Virus record (IMG/VR): IMGVR_UViG_3300030085_002462
Origin: a virus
Direction: 5' to 3' (one strand)
Length of the DNA: 64,000 nucleotides
Positions 7,591 to 17,763 of this stretch are shown one piece after another. The notes beneath the pieces are model-generated. The model had not been told where the DNA came from, did not search any database, and was given only the letters and a program-made list of their open reading frames with translations. Both the position numbers and the translations under genes were made by a program. Numbering within the stretch: the first letter of the stretch is position 1; each line of letters starts with the position of its first letter.

Positions 7591-8940
7591 GTGGCAACTA
7601 AAAGGATCTCCCAATTAGATACTATTGCTGACGCATTGGTCACGGGCGAAGCTGTTCTTCCTATCGTTATCTCTGATCCTTTGATCCCTAACCGTAAGGC
7701 AAAGATCAATCAACTGTTTAGAAGTCTGTCTGCAGGTTCTGCGACAGCTCCTGGTATGGCTTTTGATTTGGACCGAGATACGGGAATCTACCAATCTGCG
7801 GTCAACGAGATTGGTTTGACATTCGGATCTGCTTCTCTGTATAACAGTCGCACAGCAAATACTGACGGATCATCGACGCTTGTTATCAGAGCGATTGATT
7901 CCGCATCTGCAAATACCAACGTGCAGATATCTCCACAAGGTAGTGGATTTTTTACAGTGCAAGGACAAACTGTCCTCACTGACGTGCAATTCTATCTTCA
8001 AGGTGATCAAAACACTGCGAAGAGAGCACACTTTAACGTTGATACTATTTCGTCTCAGTCTGGCACACGTCGCTTTGATTTGCCCGATGTAGGCAGCAGC
8101 ACGAGCACAACTCTGGTTGCTAATGACACCTTCCAGACGCTGACTAATAAGACTGTTCTTATTACTGACGCAAACCTTTCGATCATTGGATCTACTACCA
8201 CATCGAAAGTTGCTAAGTTTGAGGTTGATAACTGGGAGTCACCTGGCACTCATACATATAAACTTCCCGACTTTGGTGCTGCTAATACACAATCTACTAT
8301 TCTGGATGATATCACAGAGCAGAATGTGTTTAACAAGAATATGGTTAACCCCACATTCTCTAACACACCATCAACCGACGAAGAAAATAATCCCACGAAA
8401 TATGTCATCTTTGATTCTTCAGAGTTGACACTTGATCGCACAGTTACATTCCCTGACCTTAACGTCAAGGTAGTTGGTGAGGCATCGTCTCAAACACTGA
8501 CTGCAAAGGTTTATAAGGGTGCAGTATTCGCGGATACTGATACTGAATTGGGTGATGGAAGAAAGATTCAGTTTGATCTATCCAACATTGAGGATAATCA
8601 AACATACAACTTTGCTTTCCCAAACAACGCTATTACAGCGCCGCTAAATAATCCTCAGGGCGAACCTAATATCCTCGTTTCTGAGAGAAAGACTCAAACA
8701 CTTTACAACAAGACGGTAGAGAATTTTAGTCTTAACAACCCCAACGAGGTCAATGGTATTATTAACATTGACACCTCAAACATCACCGAGGGTGTTACAA
8801 TTCAATTCCCTAACGCTGATGCTACGTTGTTGTCCACCAACAACATTTCTAACCTTGCAATTAGTTTCGGTGGTCCTATCTCAGCACCTACACTTGGTGG
8901 TCAACTGAGACTCCAATCACATTTCCAGTCAGGATGGTAA
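7591..8940 (+). CDS. Virion structural / fibre-like protein with internal repeats
   Basis: 449 aa, GTG start; MATKRISQL and APGMAF..D.DTGIY typical of phage fibre proteins; QTLTNK-like repeats; late promoter. Confidence 0.65.
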   Translation: MATKRISQLDTIADALVTGEAVLPIVISDPLIPNRKAKINQLFRSLSAGSATAPGMAFDLDRDTGIYQSAVNEIGLTFGSASLYNSRTANTDGSSTLVIRAIDSASANTNVQISPQGSGFFTVQGQTVLTDVQFYLQGDQNTAKRAHFNVDTISSQSGTRRFDLPDVGSSTSTTLVANDTFQTLTNKTVLITDANLSIIGSTTTSKVAKFEVDNWESPGTHTYKLPDFGAANTQSTILDDITEQNVFNKNMVNPTFSNTPSTDEENNPTKYVIFDSSELTLDRTVTFPDLNVKVVGEASSQTLTAKVYKGAVFADTDTELGDGRKIQFDLSNIEDNQTYNFAFPNNAITAPLNNPQGEPNILVSERKTQTLYNKTVENFSLNNPNEVNGIINIDTSNITEGVTIQFPNADATLLSTNNISNLAISFGGPISAPTLGGQLRLQSHFQSGW

Positions 8941-8947
8941 TTAAAAA

Positions 8948-11221
8948 ATGACAGCAGGAAGACTCGCAGCTAGTAACCCAAGCGCAACAACAAATACGGT
9001 GCTGTATCAAGCACCCATCACTGCTACTGCCAGCACAGTTGTCAACGTGACAAACTGGGACAGTGGAGCAGGCACCTATAGAATGGCACTGAGAGATTAC
9101 GATCAGGTGTTGCACCTTGATGGACAAGAATCTCAAAATGGTGGCACAAAAACCACCTATCAGTATCAAAAAGGTAACCCTATTAGTGCATATCAACTGG
9201 AAATTTCTCCAGGATATAACTATGCTGATGCCTTGCCAGGATCTAATATTGACTCTACAAACGGTGCAAAAGCAAAACTTTTAGACATCTTCAAAGAGAT
9301 TACTGATGTCACCTATTACACACAGGTGCAGTCTCTCAACGAACTTTCCTACGGGGGTGTTGTTTCAGGTACATTCCAAGCAGGTGAAACTCTGACTGGT
9401 GCAACCTCTGGACTTACCGCTACATTCCGTGGTCAAGGTGTCGCTAACAGTGTTTGGAATATTATTCCCAACGTATCTAACAGTGCAACCTCTCTGCAAA
9501 TCTCCAGAAATACTGGTCTTGCAGATGGTATGTATCTTACATTGACAAATGCTGGTGATACTTCTCTGACTGAGATTGTTTCTATCGATGCATCTGGTAT
9601 TAACACAACCACCAACACTCTGACTATTACTCGTAGTGCACTTGGCACAACTGCTGGCGAGATTCCTCCTGGTCGTCTTGCAACTGCATGGTCTGCATCT
9701 GGCACCGTGACTGCAATCGACGAGGGTGGCACATTCGCTGCTGCTGATACAACTTTGACTGTTGTTAACTCTACTGGTTTTGTGACTGGTAGTTTTATTC
9801 TGATTGATAACGAGATCCTTGAAGTTACTGGTGTTGCTGGTAACGACTTGACTGTTACTCGTGGTATGGTCGGCACAACTGATGCTAACCACAATAACGC
9901 AGTTAACGTTACTCTTCTCACCAACAACGGTGACTATCTTGTTAACTACTTCAGTGAAGGCGAAGACGTTACAGGTAATACATCTTCTGCATCTATTACT
10001 CTTAACTTCACTTCAACCGCATCTATTGTAAACCAAAACCGTTTCGTATTGTCTACGACTGGTTTGAATGCAACTGATCACACCTTTGCTGATACTTACA
10101 CTCTTGATGTTGATAGGACATATATCTTTGATCAAGAGCACGCAAGTAACACAAACTATCCTATGAAATTCTCCTCTGATAACGCAGAGGGCACCAACGG
10201 CACACCTACACCAGGTACTGAGTATACTCAGAATATTACTAAGGCAGGTACTGCTGGATCTTCGGGTGCATTTACACGAATTGATGTTGCTGATAGTTTG
10301 ACACCATCACTCTTTGCATATGCTGATGGTTTGACTGGATCCCCTCCAGCGGCAGGCGGCACAACTGGTGTTGGATTTACAGCAAACCTTGACTTTAACC
10401 CAACATACACTAGAATCTATGTGTATGATGTTTCAGGCGAACCTTTTGCCGCTGCTGATACGTTTACTATCGGTGGTACAACTCAAACTATTCAGGCAAA
10501 TGGAGTTTACGCTGGTCCCTATGGATATGTGCATGACTTTGATGATGTAACTAATCATCTGAAAGTGTCACTGTCTCCTGGTTCTCCAGCATTCACAGCG
10601 GGGACTGTTTTCTATGACACACCTACACTCACAAACGCCGACCGTCGCAGGACGGAGGTTGTTGACGGCAAAATCCTTACGATCAACAACATCGGCGCTG
10701 CAGACGGTTCTCGTGCTGCAGGCACTTATGCTAACCTTACACCATCCTCAACTACTGGTAGCGGTGATCTCACTACTACAAGAGTAACAGTTGTAGTTGA
10801 TGGATCTGGCGCTGCTACGATCACACTTGTTAATGGTGGTAAAGGACATGCTGGATCAGATACTATCACTATTAATGATGGACTTCTCGGATCTGGTGGT
10901 GGTGCTGCATTGACATTTGATGTGGCAACTATTTCAACGGGAGTCCACACGGGCACAACTGGTGTCTACTCCGCAGAGGATTACATTTTCTATGACAAGG
11001 CGATTGCATCCAAGGTAACTGATAAGAATACAAGTATTGTTGTTGGTCCTGGTCAAAACCTTTTGATCTATGGATCAAGTGCAAGTCAATCATTCGTTGT
11101 GAATGGTTTTGAAACTGAGTCTTCTGATTATGTCGAGATCCCACTCAACAAGGACGCCAATGCTGGTGGTGCTGCTGGTGGCGCACCTGGCGGTGGTGGA
11201 GCACCAGGTGGTGGCAACTAA
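8948..11221 (+). CDS. Virion structural protein (Thr/Gly-rich, beta-rich)
   Basis: 757 aa; two copies of a DNEIL/TEIV...LTVTRG..GT module; Gly/Ala/Pro C-terminal tail. Confidence 0.65.
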   Translation: MTAGRLAASNPSATTNTVLYQAPITATASTVVNVTNWDSGAGTYRMALRDYDQVLHLDGQESQNGGTKTTYQYQKGNPISAYQLEISPGYNYADALPGSNIDSTNGAKAKLLDIFKEITDVTYYTQVQSLNELSYGGVVSGTFQAGETLTGATSGLTATFRGQGVANSVWNIIPNVSNSATSLQISRNTGLADGMYLTLTNAGDTSLTEIVSIDASGINTTTNTLTITRSALGTTAGEIPPGRLATAWSASGTVTAIDEGGTFAAADTTLTVVNSTGFVTGSFILIDNEILEVTGVAGNDLTVTRGMVGTTDANHNNAVNVTLLTNNGDYLVNYFSEGEDVTGNTSSASITLNFTSTASIVNQNRFVLSTTGLNATDHTFADTYTLDVDRTYIFDQEHASNTNYPMKFSSDNAEGTNGTPTPGTEYTQNITKAGTAGSSGAFTRIDVADSLTPSLFAYADGLTGSPPAAGGTTGVGFTANLDFNPTYTRIYVYDVSGEPFAAADTFTIGGTTQTIQANGVYAGPYGYVHDFDDVTNHLKVSLSPGSPAFTAGTVFYDTPTLTNADRRRTEVVDGKILTINNIGAADGSRAAGTYANLTPSSTTGSGDLTTTRVTVVVDGSGAATITLVNGGKGHAGSDTITINDGLLGSGGGAALTFDVATISTGVHTGTTGVYSAEDYIFYDKAIASKVTDKNTSIVVGPGQNLLIYGSSASQSFVVNGFETESSDYVEIPLNKDANAGGAAGGAPGGGGAPGGGN

Positions 11222-11227
11222 TAAATA
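11221..11227 (+). promoter_or_regulatory. T4-type late promoter
   Basis: ATAAATA 24 nt upstream of 11252. Confidence 0.7.
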
Positions 11228-11251
11228 ACCATATCAGGACGCAAAAAGTAA

Positions 11252-14200
11252 ATGGCACTAACCCGTCTTAAAAATATCATCACGTCTAGGACAGGACGTA
11301 TTATCTACGTCAACCCTGACGACTTCGATGCGTCTGACGCATACGACAATAGAGGTAACTCCGCGCTGCGTCCTTTTAAGACATTGCAACGTGCATTCCT
11401 TGAGGTAGCACGTTTCTCATATAGAGTGGGTCTATCTAACGACGAATTTGACGCATTCTCAATCTATCTGTATCCATCTGAATATGTTATTGACAACCGT
11501 CCTGGTACGGCAGACTTCAATAGCATTCAACCATTCAACGAAAACACAAACTTCGATCTAACGTCACCCTCTAACGAGTTGTATAAATTCAACTCTGCTC
11601 AGGGTGGCATTGTCGTACCTAGAGGTTGTAGTGTTATTGGATCAGACCTTCGTCGTACTAAAATTGTGCCGAAGTATGTACCCTATCCTACAGTTAGTGG
11701 TGCGCTCGGTATTACAGCATCTAACGAACCACTACCAACTGCTATCTTCAAACTAACTGGTGGTTGTTATTTCTGGCAGATGTCATTCTTTGATGGTGAC
11801 ACCACTGGTGTTTACTATCGTGATGATCTTGCTACTATTGCCCCTAACTTCTCTCACCACAAACTCACTTGTTTTGAGTTTGCTAATGTAGCAGATCTGG
11901 AGCTTTACTATCAGAAGATCTCGAAAGCATACGCTACAATTCCTGATACCTCTGGTATTGTATCTCAGGACCAGATTCAGGCAAGAATCGAAGAAAACAG
12001 AATCGTTGGTCCTATTTCGGACGAATTTGCAGTATCGCAGATTATTAGAAATGGACAAACAGCAACAGCATTCACCGTGGATGAATTGGGTAACCCCAAA
12101 AACCACGGATTCTCTGTGGGTGTGGCAGTTAATATTTCTGGTGTCACTGGTCCTACTGATCAGGATGCTCTACTTTATAACGGGTCATTCCTAGTTACGT
12201 CTGCACAAGGTAACCAGTTTACCTATCAGATGTCAGCAGAGCCCACGGGTAACGCACTTGGCAGTAATGTTCTTGTTAAGGTTGAGATCGATACTGTTGA
12301 CTCTGCATCACCATATGTCTTTAACTGCTCGCTAAGATCAGTTTGGGGTATTGGTGGTATGCACGCAGATGGATCTCGTGCAACTGGTTTCAAATCAATG
12401 GTTGTTGCCCAGTTTACTGGTATTTCTCTACAGAAAGACGATCGTGCATTTGTGGTGTATAATCCAACAAACGGAGCGTATGAAGCGCAAGCGAGTGGAT
12501 CTGGTGCACACATTAATGGATTGGCAAAATACCGTAAAGGATGGCGTCACTGCCATATTAAGGCATCCAATGACGCATTCATTCAGGTTGTGTCTGTGTT
12601 CGCTGTGGGATTTGGTGATCATTTCTTCTCTGACAGTGGTGGTGACCTTTCTATTACCAACAGTAATAGTAACTTCGGAAATACGTCTCTTAGATCCAAG
12701 GGATTTAAGGCAGCAGCATTTACAAAGGATAAGGCAGGACAGATTACGCATGTAATCCCACCAAAAGCAATTACTGATATTGAAGAATTATCTGTTAACT
12801 GGGTGTCTTTCGATATTACTAAGACAAAATCGGTTGCTGACCCAACAAAACTTTACTTGTATGGATATACCACAGAGGCGGGAAGACCTCCCTCAAAAAT
12901 ACAAGGTTATACTGTTGGTGCGCGACGTGATGATGTTAACACACCTGATCGTATCTATGTACTCCTAAGAGCATCAGGATCTACAGACCCAACAACACAC
13001 TACGCTGATATCAACCCTGCTGGTAAATCTGTTACTGGCACAAGAGCAGGTGATGATGATTCTCCTATTAAATGGGATGAATCTAACTCTGGATGGTATC
13101 TGCAAGTTGATGGATCAGTTAACACCATTTACACGACACTACAGGCAAACCCACTGTATCAAAACTTAGGTTATACACCTAACTCTTTTGTTAGAAGAAT
13201 TCCTGATTCAAGAAACCTTGTCGATAGAATCTATCGTTATCGTTATGTCCTTGATAAGGATGCATTCCCTGTGCCCAGAGTGCCCATCACTGGTTTCGTG
13301 CTACAACCTAGATCCAGTGAAACTAACTCTCCTGCATATACAAAGACATATTACATCTACTCAGTAGAAACACATCAAGTATTTGAAAGAGGTGTTACGG
13401 ATGGTATTTACTATCTGACACTGTTGAATGCTTCGGTGTCACCATCTACATCTAACTTCAACGATTTCTTCTTCTCACAGCAGACAGTTGATCTGTATCC
13501 TGCATTTGACAGAGATAACCCTGTCGGTGATCCACAGGCAGCAGTATCTGTTGCAGATAATGAAACGTTGGGTCTGGTGTATACAACTGATGGTGCATCA
13601 CCTGTTGCTAACATTGATACTGAGAGATCTATCACGAAAGAAACTTCACAGTATTACTTGCTTGAATCTGAAAATAACATCGGATACAACACTACATCTA
13701 ACCTGTTGAATGGTATTAGTGTTACAGCAAGACTTGGTGATGAAGAAGAGCGTAAGATTCCATTGAAACTTAACGCTGACAATAGTGTGCAACCTATTCT
13801 CGTAGAATTGAGAAGATATTCTATTCTTAGAGCATCTGGTCACACGTTTGAGTATCTTGGATTTGGTCCAGGTAACTATTCAACTGCATTCCCATCCACA
13901 CAGGTTGAGGTGCTAACACCCGAGCAAGTTAGACTGTCACAGTCTCTCAAAGAAGCATCAGGTGTTGCATACTACTCTGGTGTTAACAGTGATGGTGAGT
14001 TGTTTGTTGGTAACCAGGTTATCAACCCAGTTACAGGTCAGATCACAAACGAAGATATTGCACAACTGAATGTGTTGGGTGAAGAAGACACAACTATCGA
14101 GACATTCTCCGAGTTGGTGTTGACTGATAAACTAACCGTTATCGGTGGTGCATCTAACCAGTTGGAATCTGTATTCTCTGGTCCTGTTACCTTCCAGAGG

Positions 14201-14824
14201 AAAGTAACATCACAGGAGAATGTGCAGTCACTGGTATTTACATTCTCCAATGATGATGGCACCACATTGAAGCAACAATTCCTCGCTGAGGAATTAGGCA
14301 CTGGTTTGCCCGATGTTGACGCTGGTGGTGCATATGCAGACGGTGATATCTGTTACAACGTGGATTGGGAACCAGGACAAGCACTTGGTTGGATCTATGA
14401 CGCTGGTGACTGGTATAAGTTTGGATTGAGTGATACTACACCAATTACATCCCAGAGATATAATGGCGTCACTCATTATGGTATCGGTGAAGCACCTGAC
14501 GCTAACAATAGATTCAGGATTACTGGTAACGTAGCAGTTACTGGTGACATTGATGTGACTGGTAAATATGGTTGTGCTGATAAGTATGCACTTGCAACTG
14601 GCATAACTAATAGTAATAATGGTGTTGTTTACAATGGAGATGCAACAACAACAAGTTTCGCTGTGTCCGCAGGACACACAGCATACTCTCTGCTGGTATT
14701 CTTGAATGGTGTTTGTCAGGTGCCTGGTGTTGACTACACCGTGACATCTAACAGTGTTGACTTTAGTATTTCTTCACCACCTGGTAATGGTGATGTGATT
14801 CAAATTCGTGAATTGGTTATCTAA
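11252..14824 (+). CDS. Large tail-fibre / virion structural protein
   Basis: 1190 aa; N-terminus IIYVNPDDFDASD...GNSALRPFKTLQRA typical of cyanomyovirus fibre proteins; C-terminal VFLNGVCQVPGVDYTV module. Confidence 0.75.
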   Translation: MALTRLKNIITSRTGRIIYVNPDDFDASDAYDNRGNSALRPFKTLQRAFLEVARFSYRVGLSNDEFDAFSIYLYPSEYVIDNRPGTADFNSIQPFNENTNFDLTSPSNELYKFNSAQGGIVVPRGCSVIGSDLRRTKIVPKYVPYPTVSGALGITASNEPLPTAIFKLTGGCYFWQMSFFDGDTTGVYYRDDLATIAPNFSHHKLTCFEFANVADLELYYQKISKAYATIPDTSGIVSQDQIQARIEENRIVGPISDEFAVSQIIRNGQTATAFTVDELGNPKNHGFSVGVAVNISGVTGPTDQDALLYNGSFLVTSAQGNQFTYQMSAEPTGNALGSNVLVKVEIDTVDSASPYVFNCSLRSVWGIGGMHADGSRATGFKSMVVAQFTGISLQKDDRAFVVYNPTNGAYEAQASGSGAHINGLAKYRKGWRHCHIKASNDAFIQVVSVFAVGFGDHFFSDSGGDLSITNSNSNFGNTSLRSKGFKAAAFTKDKAGQITHVIPPKAITDIEELSVNWVSFDITKTKSVADPTKLYLYGYTTEAGRPPSKIQGYTVGARRDDVNTPDRIYVLLRASGSTDPTTHYADINPAGKSVTGTRAGDDDSPIKWDESNSGWYLQVDGSVNTIYTTLQANPLYQNLGYTPNSFVRRIPDSRNLVDRIYRYRYVLDKDAFPVPRVPITGFVLQPRSSETNSPAYTKTYYIYSVETHQVFERGVTDGIYYLTLLNASVSPSTSNFNDFFFSQQTVDLYPAFDRDNPVGDPQAAVSVADNETLGLVYTTDGASPVANIDTERSITKETSQYYLLESENNIGYNTTSNLLNGISVTARLGDEEERKIPLKLNADNSVQPILVELRRYSILRASGHTFEYLGFGPGNYSTAFPSTQVEVLTPEQVRLSQSLKEASGVAYYSGVNSDGELFVGNQVINPVTGQITNEDIAQLNVLGEEDTTIETFSELVLTDKLTVIGGASNQLESVFSGPVTFQRKVTSQENVQSLVFTFSNDDGTTLKQQFLAEELGTGLPDVDAGGAYADGDICYNVDWEPGQALGWIYDAGDWYKFGLSDTTPITSQRYNGVTHYGIGEAPDANNRFRITGNVAVTGDIDVTGKYGCADKYALATGITNSNNGVVYNGDATTTSFAVSAGHTAYSLLVFLNGVCQVPGVDYTVTSNSVDFSISSPPGNGDVIQIRELVI

Positions 14825-14827
14825 AAA

Positions 14828-14834
14828 ATAAATA
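14828..14834 (+). promoter_or_regulatory. T4-type late promoter
   Basis: ATAAATA upstream of 14854. Confidence 0.7.
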
Positions 14835-14853
14835 ACAGTAAACGAGGGTTCAC

Positions 14854-15777
14854 ATGGCAACTCAGATTATTGGCAATCAGATTAATCAGGTTACTCGTGC
14901 CATCATGGAGGCACTTCAGGTAACTGAGCAGATCAACCTGCCTAATCTTAACCAAACACAGATCAATGCCCTAGGCACACCTGCATACGGCACACTGGTG
15001 TATAACAGCACCGAAGATATGGCACAGATATATCTTCAGGATGCTGCACAAGGTGTACCTGGTTGGGATGATGTTGGTGGCGGTGGTCCCTCTGTTGGTG
15101 AAGAGTCAATCATTAGGACTAATGGTCCTAGAATTCAACAAAACATTACTGTTGGTCCTGTTGCTAACGGTGGTGACGAATTTACTAACGGATTCTCTGC
15201 AGGTCCGATTCAGATTGATAACGGATATACTGTAACAGTTGAAAATGGAGCACGATGGACTATCATCGGTGGTGAGGAAAACGACCTCTCTGAAGGTACT
15301 CCAGTCCAAGTGAAGTATGCTCAGACAGAACCACTGAGATATACTATTAGATCCCAAAATGTTAGTGATGGCGCAATTCCTGGTTTAGAAATTAATATCC
15401 AACCTACACACACTGACTCTAAGATTTTGTTGATTGCTAATATTATGTCAACTGGTCAACACGTCTCCAGTTTTGGATTCATGAGACAAATTGCTGGTGG
15501 TGGTCAAACAACTCTCGAACCATCGGGACATCCTGGTAACAACAGTAATACTGGCAATGGTCGTATTGCTACTTGGTATCGTGGTGATGACACGCCAGGT
15601 CACATCTATGCACATACTGTGATGTTTATGGATATGCCATCAACTCAAAATATGTGCACATATGTTGTGGGTGGCACAGCATCTTGGGGTGGAAGTATCA
15701 GAGATCTCTATATTAATGATAGAGATAGTAATGATATGAGAGGTATTTCTTCGTTTATGGCAATGGAGGTAAGATGA
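14854..15777 (+). CDS. Short tail-fibre-like protein
   Basis: 307 aa; GTLVYNST and SAGPIQIDNGYTVTVENGARWTI are common phage fibre motifs; C-terminal beta-sandwich (IQPTHTDSKILLIANI...SSFMAMEV). Confidence 0.65.
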   Translation: MATQIIGNQINQVTRAIMEALQVTEQINLPNLNQTQINALGTPAYGTLVYNSTEDMAQIYLQDAAQGVPGWDDVGGGGPSVGEESIIRTNGPRIQQNITVGPVANGGDEFTNGFSAGPIQIDNGYTVTVENGARWTIIGGEENDLSEGTPVQVKYAQTEPLRYTIRSQNVSDGAIPGLEINIQPTHTDSKILLIANIMSTGQHVSSFGFMRQIAGGGQTTLEPSGHPGNNSNTGNGRIATWYRGDDTPGHIYAHTVMFMDMPSTQNMCTYVVGGTASWGGSIRDLYINDRDSNDMRGISSFMAMEVR

Positions 15778-16085
15778 GATTGGATTTTAGTGATGAGATT
15801 AAAACACAGGCGATTGTACGTGTGTGTGGAGATCACTCTTTTACAATGACAGAAGGTGATTTGACTACGATTAAATTCGCAGATCCACATATCCGCGTCC
15901 CATCTGCATCACGTCTTGAAGCAATGTGTGAGGTCATTGCTAATGAAAAACGACTTGAGAAAAAACTACCACCTCCTCCTGTAACAATGGATCTCCTAGA
16001 AATGATCTGGGAAGATATTCATGCAGGGAAACTAAATAAGGAAGGTAGTTTTTACAATGTCCTTAAACCTTACATTGATAAATAA
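15774..16085 (+). CDS. Putative fibre assembly/chaperone-like small protein
   Basis: 103 aa; DLLEMIWEDIHAGKLNKEGSFYNVLK resembles the DQLDMLWH...FY motif found downstream of phage fibre genes. Confidence 0.5.
   Translation: MRLDFSDEIKTQAIVRVCGDHSFTMTEGDLTTIKFADPHIRVPSASRLEAMCEVIANEKRLEKKLPPPPVTMDLLEMIWEDIHAGKLNKEGSFYNVLKPYIDK
16078..16084 (+). promoter_or_regulatory. T4-type late promoter
   Basis: GATAAATA upstream of 16106. Confidence 0.7.
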
Positions 16086-16105
16086 TCGGGAGAGAAAACT
16101 AAAAA

Positions 16106-16921
16106 ATGGCACAACTAAAACTTGGAGCGATTAAAGATCTAAGCGGCGTGAGTGGTTTTACATTCACTGCTGGAGGTGTGTCTGCTAACGGTGCTTTGGT
16201 CGTAACAGACCTTGTTATTGATGGAAGTGTTTCTGGTTCTGCCGTGGGCACATATGTGGTGCCAAGTGTAAGCGGACAGGCAAATAGATTTCTGACTAAC
16301 GACGGCAGTAGCATGAGTTGGGCAGAAGTTGCAACCTCTGCTGGTGTTAGATCCATGTCGGTCTATACTGGCAACAATACATGGAACAAACCTTCAGGTA
16401 CTAGATCTATTCTAGTAACTGTAACTGGTGCTGGAGGTGGTGGATCAGGATTCCATGAAGGTGGTGGTGCTGGTGGCACATCACAAAGACATATTGATGT
16501 GACTAACATTAACTCAGTTAGTGTTACAGTCGGATCACCTGGTGGCGGTGCTTACTACAACGGATGTGGTGGTAATGGTAACGCTTCTTCTTTTGGTAGT
16601 TACTTGTCTGCTAACGGTGGTGTTGGTGGTAACTGCTCACAGCAACACGCTGGAGGATTGGGTGGTCATGGATCAGGTGGCACACTAAATATCCATGGTG
16701 GTGGTAACGGAGGTCACGGATCTCACCACTCTTATGGTTGTGGTGTTTCTGCATCTAGTTACTGGGGTGGTGGACAACCTTCCTGTCATCATAGAAATCA
16801 TCACTACGCTCATTCCCATGAATCATATGCTGCATGGGGTGCAGGTGGTGGCGGCGCTGAATTCGGTTATCGTGGAGCACGCGGTAGAGAAGGAGTCGTT
16901 GTTGTCCTTGAGTATTATTGA
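16106..16921 (+). CDS. Gly/His-rich fibre-tip/adhesin-like protein, paralog 1
   Basis: 271 aa; FLTNDG..MSW neck, VTVTGAGGGG, repeated GGxGG segments, CHHRNHHYAHSHESYAAWGAGG, ends GVVVVLEYY. Confidence 0.7.
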   Translation: MAQLKLGAIKDLSGVSGFTFTAGGVSANGALVVTDLVIDGSVSGSAVGTYVVPSVSGQANRFLTNDGSSMSWAEVATSAGVRSMSVYTGNNTWNKPSGTRSILVTVTGAGGGGSGFHEGGGAGGTSQRHIDVTNINSVSVTVGSPGGGAYYNGCGGNGNASSFGSYLSANGGVGGNCSQQHAGGLGGHGSGGTLNIHGGGNGGHGSHHSYGCGVSASSYWGGGQPSCHHRNHHYAHSHESYAAWGAGGGGAEFGYRGARGREGVVVVLEYY

Positions 16922-16927
16922 TAAATA
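16921..16927 (+). promoter_or_regulatory. T4-type late promoter
   Basis: GATAAATA upstream of 16945. Confidence 0.7.
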
Positions 16928-16944
16928 ACTAAAAAGTAAGTCTC

Positions 16945-17760
16945 ATGAGTATTCTTAAAACCAGTAATATCTATGATCTTACGGGCGTCTCGGGTTTCTC
17001 CTTCTCTGGAGGCGGCGTCACGGTGGAGGGTACTCTTACGGTCTCTACTTTGACGGTTAATGGTGCTATTGTTGGACAATCTTCTTACGTTTTGCCCTCA
17101 CAGTCAGGTAGCAGCGGTAAGTTTCTATCCAATGATGGTACTAAGTTACAATGGAAGGACTTAAGTGTTGAGTCTGGCATTAGATCAATGTCAGTCTATA
17201 CTGGTGGTAACACATGGAATAAACCCAACGGTGTTGGCACTATTCACGTTTTGGTTACTGGTGCTGGCGGCGGTGGATCTGGATTCGGTGAATCTGGTGG
17301 TGCTGGTGGTCACTCAGAGAAAGTAATTAACGTAGCAAATATTAACTCTGTAGGTATTACAGTTGGATCACCTGGCGGTGGTGCATACTATAATGGTTGC
17401 GGTGGTAATGGTAACGCATCAAGTTTTGGATCGTATCTATCAGCAAACGGCGGTGTTGGTGGCAACTGCTCACAACAGCACGCTGGTGGACTCGGTGGAC
17501 ATGGATCTGGCGGTGAATTAAACATCCACGGTGGTGGAGGATCTGGACACGGATCTTATCACTCCTATGGTCGTCACTATCCTGGTCCCTCATTCTGGGG
17601 TGGCGGACAACCTGGTTGTCATCACAGAAATCATCACTATGCACACTCTCATGAATCATATGCTGCATGGGGCGCTGGCGGTGGTGGTGCTGAGTTTGGT
17701 TATAGAGGTGCCCGAGGTCGTGAGGGTATTGTTGTTGTATACGAGTATTACGGCGATTAA
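16945..17760 (+). CDS. Gly/His-rich fibre-tip/adhesin-like protein, paralog 2
   Basis: 271 aa; colinear with paralog 1, long identical blocks. Confidence 0.7.
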   Translation: MSILKTSNIYDLTGVSGFSFSGGGVTVEGTLTVSTLTVNGAIVGQSSYVLPSQSGSSGKFLSNDGTKLQWKDLSVESGIRSMSVYTGGNTWNKPNGVGTIHVLVTGAGGGGSGFGESGGAGGHSEKVINVANINSVGITVGSPGGGAYYNGCGGNGNASSFGSYLSANGGVGGNCSQQHAGGLGGHGSGGELNIHGGGGSGHGSYHSYGRHYPGPSFWGGGQPGCHHRNHHYAHSHESYAAWGAGGGGAEFGYRGARGREGIVVVYEYYGD

Positions 17761-17763
17761 TCA

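Noticed and set aside
11160-11221. GGAAGGAPGGGGAPGGGN tail as a DNA tandem repeat or slippage site
   Set aside because: Codons vary between units; it is a low-complexity protein tail
2418-14677. Antisense ORFs over gp5 and the fibre genes (e.g. 2418-2984, 9365-9892, 9433-9927)
   Set aside because: Fully nested opposite well-supported genes; expected from biased codon usage
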